DNA of 64,000 nt, from the NCBI GenBank assembly GCA_965277405.1, contig OZ255726.1, forward strand, positions 288,001 through 352,000, written 5' to 3'. A program made the translations under genes and the position numbers. Origin of the DNA: Gammaproteobacteria bacterium (GTDB lineage Bacteria > Pseudomonadota > Gammaproteobacteria > G965277405). The notes beneath the pieces were generated by a model. It did no database searches, was not told the origin of the DNA, and saw nothing but the letters and a program-made list of their open reading frames with translations. Positions 52,106-61,601 of the stretch are shown in pieces (the first letter of the stretch is position 1; the number at the start of each line of letters is the position of its first letter).

Positions 52106-52906
52106 TTAGCCAACATAGCGAGCGCTGGTTACGCGCTGATGACCTGCCGGGTCACAATCACTGCGAATATTGACATATCCATATTCTTGCAGCAACGCTT
52201 GTACTGCGCTTGCTTGGGTAAATCCATGTTCTAAACACAATAAACCGTCTGCATGCAAATACTGTTTGGCTGCGCGAATAATATGCGCGAGTGCTGCAAG
52301 ACCGTTGTCAGCTGCGAACAATGCCAGATGCGGTTCGTGGGCGACAACGCTTGCTTGTAGCTGCGTATCATCATAGCCAATGTATGGTGGATTGGCGACA
52401 ATCACATTATATCGAGCGGTAATAGCCGCAAACCAATCAGACCTAATTATTGCAATATTGAGGGAGTGCTTGGCAAAATTACGCCTAGCAACCACTAATG
52501 CAGCAGCACTGATATCGCAAGCACTTACCTGCCATGCTGGTTGGCATGCTGCAATTGCCGCGGCAATTGCCCCTGAACCCGTGCCCATATCTAGTACCGC
52601 AGCGTTGGCTGATTGGCATCGAACGCAAGCAGTATCTACCAGCGTTTTGCTATCTTCGCGCGGAATCAATACCGCTGCATCAACCTCAAATTCCAACCCA
52701 CAGAACTGGATATGACCAATGATATACGCCAATGGCTCGCCTGCGCTACAGCGGGCGATGCCATTGTTGAGTGTGTCAATTTGCGCTGTTGTCAATTGCT
52801 CGTCATCATGGGCAAGCAGCCATGTTTTTTCACAATCAAGTAACTGGGAAAAAAGCGCTACCATCCGCGCAGCAAGGTGCGGGTATGCGTGTTTGTAGTG
52901 CTGCAT
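52106..52906 (-). CDS. prmC: Release factor glutamine methyltransferase (start uncertain)
   Basis: GEPLAYI, VLIPR, DMGTGSG, NPPY, EP..AL, LEHG. Confidence 0.93.
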   Translation of the reverse strand: MQHYKHAYPHLAARMVALFSQLLDCEKTWLLAHDDEQLTTAQIDTLNNGIARCSAGEPLAYIIGHIQFCGLEFEVDAAVLIPREDSKTLVDTACVRCQSANAAVLDMGTGSGAIAAAIAACQPAWQVSACDISAAALVVARRNFAKHSLNIAIIRSDWFAAITARYNVIVANPPYIGYDDTQLQASVVAHEPHLALFAADNGLAALAHIIRAAKQYLHADGLLCLEHGFTQASAVQALLQEYGYVNIRSDCDPAGHQRVTSARYVG

Positions 52907-53050
52907 GCGTGTGCGAATATTCAAGGAAGCTCTGATTAGATTGGGCATAACTGACTAGTAAATACTACTCTGCTAATCTGCAATGAAAAGGGTTTGACAT
53001 TTATACCCTCTGGCGCAAGATTTCATAACAACTATTTTGGGATATGAATT

Positions 53051-54496
53051 ATGACTGATTACAATAAATACAAAATTGATGCAAACTTCATTGGCGGCGA
53101 ATGGAAGACCACTACAGGTAAATCGATTACTGTCACCAATCCTGCAACAGGCGATATTCTTGGTTGCGTTCCAGATTTCGGCGTAACAGAAACACAGGCG
53201 GCAATAACTGCTGCGCACCAAGCATTCCCCACATTTGCTGCATTAAGTACTGGCGAAAGAGTCGGGCTGCTGCGTAAGCTCCACGATGCCTTAATGGATA
53301 ATAAAGATGCGCTTGCTGCACTACTCACAGCTGAACAAGGCAAGCCGCTGAGCGAAGCTGCTGGAGAAATTACTATCGGCGCAGCATATATTTTATGGTT
53401 TGCAGAAGAAGTTCGTCGCGCCAAAGGCAGTATTATTCCTGCTCCTGTAAATGGTAGAAAGCTCTTCGTCACCCATCACCCAGTTGGTGTTGTCGCAGCG
53501 ATTACTCCATGGAATTTTCCATCTTCAATGCTCGCACGCAAACTTGGTCCAGCGCTTGCCGCAGGCTGCACAACGGTGGTTAAGCCAGCGTCACAAACGC
53601 CATATTCTGCCTTGGCATGGGGTAAACTCGCAGAAGAAGTTGGCTTCCCTGCGGGGGTCATCAATATTGTCACAGGTGCGGCAAGCGTAATAGCCAGCAC
53701 GATTATGGCCGATAAACGTGTGCGTAAAATGACGTTTACCGGGTCAACAGCAGTTGGCAAAATATTGATTAGGCAATCAGCAGATACCGTAAAAAAAATA
53801 TCGATGGAACTTGGCGGCAATGCGCCATTTATCGTTTTTAACGACGCTGATATTGATGCAGCTGTTGCTGGGGCAATGATTGCAAAATACCGCAATTCAG
53901 GACAAACCTGTGTCTGCGCCAATCGTTTTTTTGTTGAATCAGGCGTGCACGATAGCTTTGTCGAAAAACTCACCGCAGCTACGCAGAACCTCCACGTTGG
54001 AGACGGTATGACCCCAGGTGTTGAACAAGGACCACTTATCGATAGCAACAGCTTTGATAAAGTATCCTCCATCGTTGCCGATGCCACAGCCAAAGGTGCA
54101 ACCGTAACAACAGGTGGTGCAGCGCATCAGCTTGGTGGCACTTGGTATCAACCGACTGTGTTGGTCAACGCCAACGCAACCATGGCTGTCGCTCAACAAG
54201 AAATATTTGGACCTGTTGCCGCTGTGTTTACATTCACCTCAGAAGAAGAAGTCATCGTTGCGGCTAACAATACAGAGTTTGGCTTAGCAGCGTATATCTA
54301 TACCAACGATCTTGCTCGTGCTTTTAGAATGAATGACCAATTGCAATATGGGTTAATTGGGATCAATGAAGGTCTCATCACCACCGTTGAAGCTCCATTT
54401 GGTGGCTTGAAAGAAAGTGGGCTAGGCAAAGAAGGCGGTTGTGAAGGTTTAGCAGATTATTTTGATACCAAATATGTCTGTATCGGTGGGATATAG
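53051..54496 (+). CDS. gabD: NAD(P)-dependent succinate-semialdehyde dehydrogenase
   Basis: ITPWNFP, FTGST, MELGGNAP, RNSGQTCVCANR, EIFGP, PFGG.KESG. Confidence 0.9.
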   Translation: MTDYNKYKIDANFIGGEWKTTTGKSITVTNPATGDILGCVPDFGVTETQAAITAAHQAFPTFAALSTGERVGLLRKLHDALMDNKDALAALLTAEQGKPLSEAAGEITIGAAYILWFAEEVRRAKGSIIPAPVNGRKLFVTHHPVGVVAAITPWNFPSSMLARKLGPALAAGCTTVVKPASQTPYSALAWGKLAEEVGFPAGVINIVTGAASVIASTIMADKRVRKMTFTGSTAVGKILIRQSADTVKKISMELGGNAPFIVFNDADIDAAVAGAMIAKYRNSGQTCVCANRFFVESGVHDSFVEKLTAATQNLHVGDGMTPGVEQGPLIDSNSFDKVSSIVADATAKGATVTTGGAAHQLGGTWYQPTVLVNANATMAVAQQEIFGPVAAVFTFTSEEEVIVAANNTEFGLAAYIYTNDLARAFRMNDQLQYGLIGINEGLITTVEAPFGGLKESGLGKEGGCEGLADYFDTKYVCIGGI

Positions 54497-54582
54497 GCAA
54501 GCTCTGATTAAGTCAAGGCTTGCAAATTTTACTGTGGGCTGTAATCCACCAAATGAATATGATGTGAGCGTTGCTTGTGGCG

Positions 54583-55848
54583 TTATTGTAGCTTGGCAGA
54601 TTGTTCGCGCAGCCAGTCGAGGCGTTTTTTGATGTTGGCTTCAAGCCCATGCTCGGTTGGCTGGTACAATTCAATTGGGTCGACTCCATCAGGAAAGTAG
54701 TTTTCACCATGGGCAACCGCATCAGGTTCGTCGTGGGCATAGCGGTAGTTTTTGCCGTAATCAAGCGACTCCATCAGTTTGGTAGGCGCGTTGCGCAAGT
54801 GCAGCGGAACGGGGTATGATGGCGAACTGCGCACCAGTTTCATTGCGGCGTTAAATGCTGTGTACACAGCATTGCTTTTGGGTACACAGGCAATGTAGAT
54901 CACGGCGTGGGCGATTGCTAATTCACCTTCTGGACTGCCGAGGCGCTGATAGGTAGCAGCGGCGTTAATACACAGTCCCAACGCTTTGGGGTCAGCGTTG
55001 CCAATGTCTTCGCTGGCGATGCGCAGCACTCTGCGGATGATATACAACGGGTCGCAACCACCATCAATCATTCTGCACAGCCAATATAACGCGGCATCGG
55101 GGTTTGAACCGCGCACTGATTTATGCAGTGCGGAAATCGCGTTATAAAAATCTTCGCCGTGGTTGTCGAATCGCCGCATTGCATCGCCAATTGCGTGTTG
55201 CATATCAGCATCAGTGATGCTGTGCATATCTCCACGGCGAGCATTTAGGCTAATCTCAAGGGTATTCAATAGCCGGCGCGCATCGCCGTCGGCATGCGCA
55301 ATCAGCATTTTGCGTGCAGTGTCGCTGATGGCTATATGTTGCAGCGACGCTGCGATAACAGCGTTATTTAACACTTTATCAAGTTCACCATCGCTGAGTG
55401 ATTGCAACACATATACTTGCATACGAGATAACAACGCATTGTTGAGCGCGAATGATGGGTTTTCAGTTGTTGCGCCAATCAAGGTAAATAGCCCGTTTTC
55501 AACGTGCGGCAGCAATGCGTCTTGCTGGCCTTTGTGAAAGCGGTGAATTTCGTCGATAAACACGATATTGACAGGGTACATTTTTGCAGCAGCAACGATT
55601 TTGCGAATATCACTCACCCCAGTATTGACCGCAGAAATAGTAAATATATTCGCTGCATGCGCCGCGGCAATCGCCAAGGCAATTGTTGTTTTCCCTACCC
55701 CTGGTGGACCCCATAAAATAATAGAATGGAGCGTGTGAGCACTGAGCACTTCATACAGCGGCATCCCTGCTTGCAATAAATGTGTTTGCCCAATAATTTC
55801 TACAAGCTTGCTTGGGCGTATTTTGCTGGCTAGCGGTTGTTGCCCCAT
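54583..55848 (-). CDS. rarA: Replication-associated recombination protein A
   Basis: WGPPGVGKTT, DEIHRF, ATTENP, SALHKSVRGS, SEDIGNADP. Confidence 0.96.
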   Translation of the reverse strand: MGQQPLASKIRPSKLVEIIGQTHLLQAGMPLYEVLSAHTLHSIILWGPPGVGKTTIALAIAAAHAANIFTISAVNTGVSDIRKIVAAAKMYPVNIVFIDEIHRFHKGQQDALLPHVENGLFTLIGATTENPSFALNNALLSRMQVYVLQSLSDGELDKVLNNAVIAASLQHIAISDTARKMLIAHADGDARRLLNTLEISLNARRGDMHSITDADMQHAIGDAMRRFDNHGEDFYNAISALHKSVRGSNPDAALYWLCRMIDGGCDPLYIIRRVLRIASEDIGNADPKALGLCINAAATYQRLGSPEGELAIAHAVIYIACVPKSNAVYTAFNAAMKLVRSSPSYPVPLHLRNAPTKLMESLDYGKNYRYAHDEPDAVAHGENYFPDGVDPIELYQPTEHGLEANIKKRLDWLREQSAKLQ

Positions 55849-55851
55849 GGG

Positions 55852-58002
55852 TTAGAATGGTAGCTTGAGCAGGAAGCGGACGATGATGCGGACACGCTTC
55901 GAAAATAATTTTTTAGTATAAAATGTACCCGCAACCCGTTTATTGACTTCACTCCAAGTCGGATATGGTGAGATATACGCCGCCATTGCCCCAATTTTGA
56001 GCTTGCTGTTGATAGCTAAAATCCACGGCTGAATGATTTCTCCAGCATGCGGAGCAACAATATCGGCACCAAGAATCTGTCCATTGTTGCGCACGTATAT
56101 TTTCACCAGCCCCGATAATCGTTCGGTGCGGGCGCGGTCGTTATCGGCAAATGACCATCTCAAGACTTTAACATCTGCAAACTGTGCGTTAGTTTCAGCT
56201 TCTGTTAAACCAACATGAGCCATTTCTGGGCTGGTATACGTGACCCAAGGAATTGCATGTGTTTGTACTTTGGCGCGCAACTTGAACAAAATATTGCGAA
56301 TGACAATCCCTGCGTGATAACTGGCAACATGGGTAAATTGGTGTTGCCCGGTGACGTCACCGATTGCATAGATGTGTTTATAATTAGTGCGCAAGCGCGC
56401 ATCAACGCACACGCCTTGGTCAGTATGGGCGATACCCGCAGCAGCTAAACCAAGGTGTTGGGTATTGGCAACCCGACCTGCGGCAACTAATATATGGCTG
56501 CCGCTAAGTTGGTGCTGGCTATCAGCTGCGCTGTAGTGAATGGATACGGTGTTGGCATCACCACTAATCTTATCGATGTTGATGTTTTCAATAATATCGA
56601 TGCCGCAGCTAGTCAATGCACCACGCAGGATTTCGACACAGTCAGCATCATCACGATTGAGTATCGGTAACGCACTGATGATGGTTACTTTAGCCCCGAG
56701 GTGCGCGTATGCCTGCGCGATTTCAACCCCAATTGGTCCGCCACCCAGCACCAATAAATGTTCTGGTAAGGTTGTATTAGCAAAAATTGTTTCATTAGTA
56801 AAGTATGGTGTTGCAGCTAGCCCTTGGATTGGCGGCACGAGCGGACTTGACCCAGTTGCAATCACAAAATAGCGAGCATGGATGATGTGATGCGTTGTCG
56901 CAACTGTTCTAGCGTCTACAAAAGTGCCAGCTGCTTCGATTACCTTCACGCCAAGCTCGCGAAAACGCTCAACAGAATCGTGTGGAGCGATTGCGGCAAT
57001 CACCCCGGCAATATGTTTGCTAACTGCGGCCATGTCGACCGATGTGGTGGTCTTGACCCCAAAGTCTTCGGGGTGTGGATGGCGGTGTGCGAGTTGACTA
57101 GCGGCAAGGAGTGCCTTCGACGGAACGCAGCCATGATTCAGACAATCTCCCCCCATTTTTGCTCGTTCGAGTAGCACTATGTTTGCGCCCATTTGCGCGG
57201 CACCAGCAGCCAAACTTAGACCAGCTGCACCAGCACCGATAATACAAATATCTGCTGTAATCGGTGTCGGTGTCTCTGCCGCTGCCGCTGTCGGCGGTTT
57301 TGTTTTGCTGTATATTTTATATAGAATCGGTATAGCTGATAGTAGCGCCAGACCAACGAGGGGGAGAATGATTGCTGGCTTGGTGAAAATAGCTAGGTCT
57401 AAAGCTTGTCCAGCGGTAAATACTGCACTTGCGCCATTGCCAATCGAAACAAAGACAAAGCTCCCAGGGATGATGCCGATTGCAGTAGTAATAATAAATG
57501 TGGTTGTCGCAACACCAAGTAATGCAGGCACAATATTGACTAACCAAAATGGGAAGAGAGGGATGAGCCGCAGCATCAGCAGATAGCTCCATGCATTTTT
57601 TTTGAAACCTGCTTCCATTGTAGCGACTGTCTTTCCTGCTTGTTGCGTGAGTGATTGACCAAAGCCCAATTTCACCGCGAGAAATATAACCGATGCTCCA
57701 AGCGTTGCTCCAAGCACCACGGCAGCAGTTCCCCACCACAGGCCAAATAACAGCCCGCTAGCAATACTCAGCACCAAGGCGCCAGGAATCGACATCGCAA
57801 CCACAATGGTGTACAAGCCTATGGCAACGAAGAACATCAGAATATGGTTGGCTGCGATCAAGGCGGTGAGTTGTATGTGGTTGGCTTTAAGTGTGTCGAT
57901 GGTGAAAAATCGTTGCCAGCCAAAAACAAAAAATAGCCCCAGCCCAGCAATGAGCACTAACAGTGGGAGAAATCGAAGCAGCAGTGACCTAGTAATTATC
58001 AT
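55852..58002 (-). CDS. TVP38/DedA (SNARE-associated) membrane domain fused to a flavoprotein disulfide reductase
   Basis: LRLIPLFPF membrane domain; GAGAAG, GGDCLNHGCVPSK, GGGPIG, PYPT. Confidence 0.88.
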   Translation of the reverse strand: MIITRSLLLRFLPLLVLIAGLGLFFVFGWQRFFTIDTLKANHIQLTALIAANHILMFFVAIGLYTIVVAMSIPGALVLSIASGLLFGLWWGTAAVVLGATLGASVIFLAVKLGFGQSLTQQAGKTVATMEAGFKKNAWSYLLMLRLIPLFPFWLVNIVPALLGVATTTFIITTAIGIIPGSFVFVSIGNGASAVFTAGQALDLAIFTKPAIILPLVGLALLSAIPILYKIYSKTKPPTAAAAETPTPITADICIIGAGAAGLSLAAGAAQMGANIVLLERAKMGGDCLNHGCVPSKALLAASQLAHRHPHPEDFGVKTTTSVDMAAVSKHIAGVIAAIAPHDSVERFRELGVKVIEAAGTFVDARTVATTHHIIHARYFVIATGSSPLVPPIQGLAATPYFTNETIFANTTLPEHLLVLGGGPIGVEIAQAYAHLGAKVTIISALPILNRDDADCVEILRGALTSCGIDIIENINIDKISGDANTVSIHYSAADSQHQLSGSHILVAAGRVANTQHLGLAAAGIAHTDQGVCVDARLRTNYKHIYAIGDVTGQHQFTHVASYHAGIVIRNILFKLRAKVQTHAIPWVTYTSPEMAHVGLTEAETNAQFADVKVLRWSFADNDRARTERLSGLVKIYVRNNGQILGADIVAPHAGEIIQPWILAINSKLKIGAMAAYISPYPTWSEVNKRVAGTFYTKKLFSKRVRIIVRFLLKLPF

Positions 58003-58003
58003 A

Positions 58004-58468
58004 TTAAACCCCGTGTAGAATTGCAGTATAACGGAGTTGCATTAAGGCATCACAGTATACTGCTGCTTTAAAATCAACAATATGCTTGAGCGGATAGTAA
58101 TACGGCACCCAACGCCATGCACAAAATTCGAGTGATTGTGCTACGCCATTATCGAGTAAAGAATCTTCACCATGAAACACCGCAAGAAAATACACCTGGC
58201 GCTGTCCTTGAAATTTTCCATTACCAATAGGTTTAGGCAGGGTGTAGTACAACCATCCACAGGTTTGATCAACGATATTATAACTGCGTGGAGTAATGCC
58301 TATTTCTTCTACTACTTCACGGTGCAGCGCTTGCTTTGCAGTTTCTTGGGTCTCAATGCCTCCTTGAGGAAACTGCCAACCGTCCTTGCAACTGCGTTGA
58401 CCCCAAAACACTTGCCCTGCTGTGTTGAGCAGCACCAAAGCTACGTTATCTCGGTAAGTTTTGGTCAT
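58004..58468 (-). CDS. rppH: RNA pyrophosphohydrolase (the ORF-track N-terminal extension is MITE sequence)
   Basis: YRDNV, WQFPQGG Nudix box REVVEEIG, GQRQ, EF..WRW, VDFK..VY; GGAG RBS. Confidence 0.9.
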   Translation of the reverse strand: MTKTYRDNVALVLLNTAGQVFWGQRSCKDGWQFPQGGIETQETAKQALHREVVEEIGITPRSYNIVDQTCGWLYYTLPKPIGNGKFQGQRQVYFLAVFHGEDSLLDNGVAQSLEFCAWRWVPYYYPLKHIVDFKAAVYCDALMQLRYTAILHGV

Positions 58469-58491
58469 ACTATTCTCCAGAGGTTTCCTTG

Positions 58492-58771
58492 GGAATCTCT
58501 GATTAAGTCGCTGATGGAGCGAGTTTGCCTGCAATTGCTGATGATTGCAAGGCGCAAACCGCAGGCGCATGCCGTAGCATATACGCCAAGGGATGCAACA
58601 CAGCAATTGCAGCAAACCATCATATATTCAACAGAAGGACGGGAAAAAACGCTGCGCTAACGTCGTTGCAGCACTTGGCAACACCCACAAGAGTATTATC
58701 TGCGCACTGCGTCTAGTTATCATCAGCGTTTTTTCTCCGTCTCGCCCATCATGGACTTAATCAGAGGTTTC
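58492..58771 (-). mobile_element. MITE-like element, full copy 3, CTTG duplication
   Basis: GGAATCTCTGATTAA ... TTAATCAGAGGTTTC; CTTG at 58488-58491 and 58772-58775. Confidence 0.9.
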
Positions 58772-59113
58772 CTTGGTTAAAAACGAACTTATTTGTGGTG
58801 TTTGATGGCGTTTGTCACTGACATCTTTCCATTGTGGCGCATCAGCAGGAGGATCTTTGCTTTGGCTTAAATTTGGCAGTGTCCGTGATAATTGCGCATT
58901 GATTTCTATAAATACTTCTTGACCTACAGGCACTTCATCATCTGCGACAATGGCATCCACTGGGCATTCTGGGACACACAGGGCGCAGTCAATGCATTCG
59001 TCTGGATTGATAACTAAAAACTCATCTGCCTCATAAAAACAGTCGACTGGACACACATTAACGCAATCAGTGTGTTTGCATTTTAAACAATTCTCGATAA
59101 CTACAAATGGCAT
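58757..59113 (-). CDS. fdxA: 7Fe ferredoxin (FdI type); stop codon lies in the MITE end
   Basis: [32 protein letters not shown]. Confidence 0.95.
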   Translation of the reverse strand: MPFVVIENCLKCKHTDCVNVCPVDCFYEADEFLVINPDECIDCALCVPECPVDAIVADDEVPVGQEVFIEINAQLSRTLPNLSQSKDPPADAPQWKDVSDKRHQTPQISSFLTKETSD

Positions 59114-59139
59114 GGCAGACTGTATGGCGTTGAGTAAAA

Positions 59140-59211
59140 TCCCCTTGCTAGGAATCGAACCTAGAGTTTCCGCTTAGGAGGCAGACGTTTTATCCATTAA
59201 ACCACAAGGAG
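59140..59211 (-). tRNA. tRNA-Arg (CCT); 3' CCA not encoded
   Basis: CTCCTTG/CAAGGGG acceptor stem, TCTGC-CTCCTAA-GCGGA anticodon arm, CTAGG-TTCGATT-CCTAG. Confidence 0.92.
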
Positions 59212-59255
59212 TGGATTGATTGTATCAGAGCTTCCCTAACAATACTGCTGCCCTG

Positions 59256-59765
59256 CTAGCCTGCTTTGCCACCATCCAAATTATGTAAAAAAGCACTGTC
59301 GCTAATATCCAAGTCAGCAAATGCTTGCAGGCTGACGCCTGCATCTGCGAGCATAAGTTGTACCGCTGTATTGATATCCGCGTGTTGTGGCTTGTAGTGT
59401 AAATAAATAACATGGGTGATACCGACTTGGATGATGGCTTTGGCACAATTCGTGCAGGGGAATTGGGTAGCATACATGGCGGCGTTGTCAAGCTGTGAAT
59501 TGATACTGTTGTAAATAGCGTTTTGTTCTGCATGGACAACGTAGGTATGCTTTGAGCGCATTGGATCTGTGTCAATATCTTGCCAATACTGCGGGTTGTC
59601 ATCGTCAAGCCCACGCGGTAAGCCGTTATAGCCAATGCCAATAATTTTATTTTTTGGACCAACGATACACGCGCCATTTTTGGTTTTAGGGTCTTTTGAG
59701 CGTAACGCGGATAATTTTGCTATTGCCATAAAATAGCATTGCCAAGAAAGCGGGCTATCATTCAT
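59256..59765 (-). CDS. dCMP deaminase family protein
   Basis: W..YFM.IA, RSKDP, GYNG, HAEQNA, PCTNC. Confidence 0.92.
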   Translation of the reverse strand: MNDSPLSWQCYFMAIAKLSALRSKDPKTKNGACIVGPKNKIIGIGYNGLPRGLDDDNPQYWQDIDTDPMRSKHTYVVHAEQNAIYNSINSQLDNAAMYATQFPCTNCAKAIIQVGITHVIYLHYKPQHADINTAVQLMLADAGVSLQAFADLDISDSAFLHNLDGGKAG

Positions 59766-59829
59766 GTGGTAGGCTACGATGTTTGGTGATAATCAGCGGC
59801 TCCTCAAGACGTGGTTGAAAAAGAACTAA

Positions 59830-60123
59830 GGAAGCTCTGATTAACTCGCTGATGGAGCGAGTTTGCCTGCAATTGCTGATGATTGCAAGGCGCAAACCGC
59901 TAAGCGCATGCCGTAGCATATACGCCAAGGGATGCAACACAGCAAGTACCGCTTGTAGGCAAACCATCATATATTCAATAGAAGGCCGGGAAAAAACGCT
60001 GCGCGCCGTCGTTGCAGCACTTGGCGACACCCACAAGACCACCAGTATTATCTGCGCACTGTGTCTAGTTATCATCAGCGTTTTTTCTCCGTCTCGCCCA
60101 TCATGGACTTAATCAGAGCTTCC
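59830..60123 (-). mobile_element. MITE-like element, full copy 4 (294 bp)
   Basis: GGAAGCTCTGATTAA ... TTAATCAGAGCTTCC; flanks CTAA/TTAG. Confidence 0.9.
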
Positions 60124-60298
60124 TTAGTTAGCTGATATCTGAACAACCTCCGTAGCATTTACACTAGCGCTGCTTTGGCTGTATCTGTTAGTGTTGGCTC
60201 AAAGGCTTGTTGCTGTCAGCCTGAGTGCAATATGGATTGGGCGCATAGCCAATCTGGGGCGATTTGCTGTAGTTAGCTGTTAGCAGTTCCAGCCTTAT

Positions 60299-61600
60299 TC
60301 AGCGGGGGTTGTCCGCATCGAGTGCTAGCAGCTTTTCGATATATATTTTTTTTTGTTGTTGTTTGCCTAAGGCATCGTACACGTTGATTAGGTTTTCTAA
60401 CGCTACTTTGAGCGCTGCGATAGCCGCCTCGCTAGTTTCGAGTAACTCGAAGGACTGCAAAAACAACGGCTCTGCTTCTGCATATTTACGTCTGCCGTAA
60501 TAAATAGCCGCGGCTCTGCCAGCGATATTCGCGGCTTGTTGCGGCTGTTGGGGGAATTGCTGGTGGATTTTGAGGCTGGCTAAATACAATTCGAGGGCCT
60601 TGTCTTTATCTTTTAAGCCATCTTCAACACTCGCTAAGTTCCCTAAAATTAACGCCTGCTCGATACTGTGTTCCAGGTGGAGTTGTTTTAATATTGCTAT
60701 GGCGCGGTGATACAGCGTGCGTGCTTGTGGCAACAGCCCTGCTGCGAGTTTGTCGAGCGCGACTTCGTTAAGATTCATCACATTCGTTAATGTCGGCGTA
60801 TTATTATGGTTTCTGATCCGCATCGCCTGTTCACGTAGCGGCAGCGCGGCTTGCGGGTTTTGCCCATCAAAACTGGCGGCTAGCCTTTCTAAAGTATCAG
60901 CGATACGACTATCGAATGCTGTCAATGTCGCTTGGTCACGGCGTAGCTGTTGCGCTAGCGCTTGTTGGGCTAATTCCCGGTGGTGCAATTGCAACTGTGC
61001 CTGCGCCAGCGCATAGCTAATCTGCCGCAATGACTCATTAAACGCGGTTGGCTTGGTGTTGGTATACGGCGTCAGAATCGTTGTGGCAATCGCCACGCTG
61101 CGCTGATAACGTTGCTGGGAATTGTGTATTGCCACCAAGGCGTCGGCTGTTTTCAGTGCAGCATCAGCGTATTTAACCACATCTTGTCGCTGGATTGCCC
61201 ACGCCGCCTGATACGCATGCAGGGCTTGTTCTGCTTGGCCGGCTTGTTCGAGAAAATCGCCTGTATTGAACAACATTATTGCCAAGGTCGGGTGGGAATT
61301 AGGGTATACCTTACGGGCAATGATTATAGCTTGTGCAAGCGTTGCTAATGCGCGTTGCTGATCGCCTGTAGCCAGATACACAAACGCGAGTAAATTAAGG
61401 CTACTAACTTTATATTTATCGCCATTATCGGCTTGTTCAGCACGAGTAATCGCCTGCTGCAGGTATACCGCGGCTTGTGCATAGTCACCCTGCTGGTATA
61501 AGCTGGTGGCAGTATTTTGCAAAGTCTGCCAATCACCGGCTGCGGGGATGCACGGGCTTAACAATAATAAAATAATAAAAATTGCGGTTGGACGGCTCAT
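60299..61600 (-). CDS. Exported TPR-repeat protein
   Basis: Signal-like N-terminus; repeats SSLNLLAFVY..GD..A, NLA, YAEAEPLF. Confidence 0.85.
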   Translation of the reverse strand: MSRPTAIFIILLLLSPCIPAAGDWQTLQNTATSLYQQGDYAQAAVYLQQAITRAEQADNGDKYKVSSLNLLAFVYLATGDQQRALATLAQAIIIARKVYPNSHPTLAIMLFNTGDFLEQAGQAEQALHAYQAAWAIQRQDVVKYADAALKTADALVAIHNSQQRYQRSVAIATTILTPYTNTKPTAFNESLRQISYALAQAQLQLHHRELAQQALAQQLRRDQATLTAFDSRIADTLERLAASFDGQNPQAALPLREQAMRIRNHNNTPTLTNVMNLNEVALDKLAAGLLPQARTLYHRAIAILKQLHLEHSIEQALILGNLASVEDGLKDKDKALELYLASLKIHQQFPQQPQQAANIAGRAAAIYYGRRKYAEAEPLFLQSFELLETSEAAIAALKVALENLINVYDALGKQQQKKIYIEKLLALDADNPR

Positions 61601-61601
61601 A

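Noticed and set aside
55852-58002. Calling the reductase merA or lpdA
   Set aside because: No C-terminal Cys-Cys or mer operon; no HPT motif or dehydrogenase-complex context
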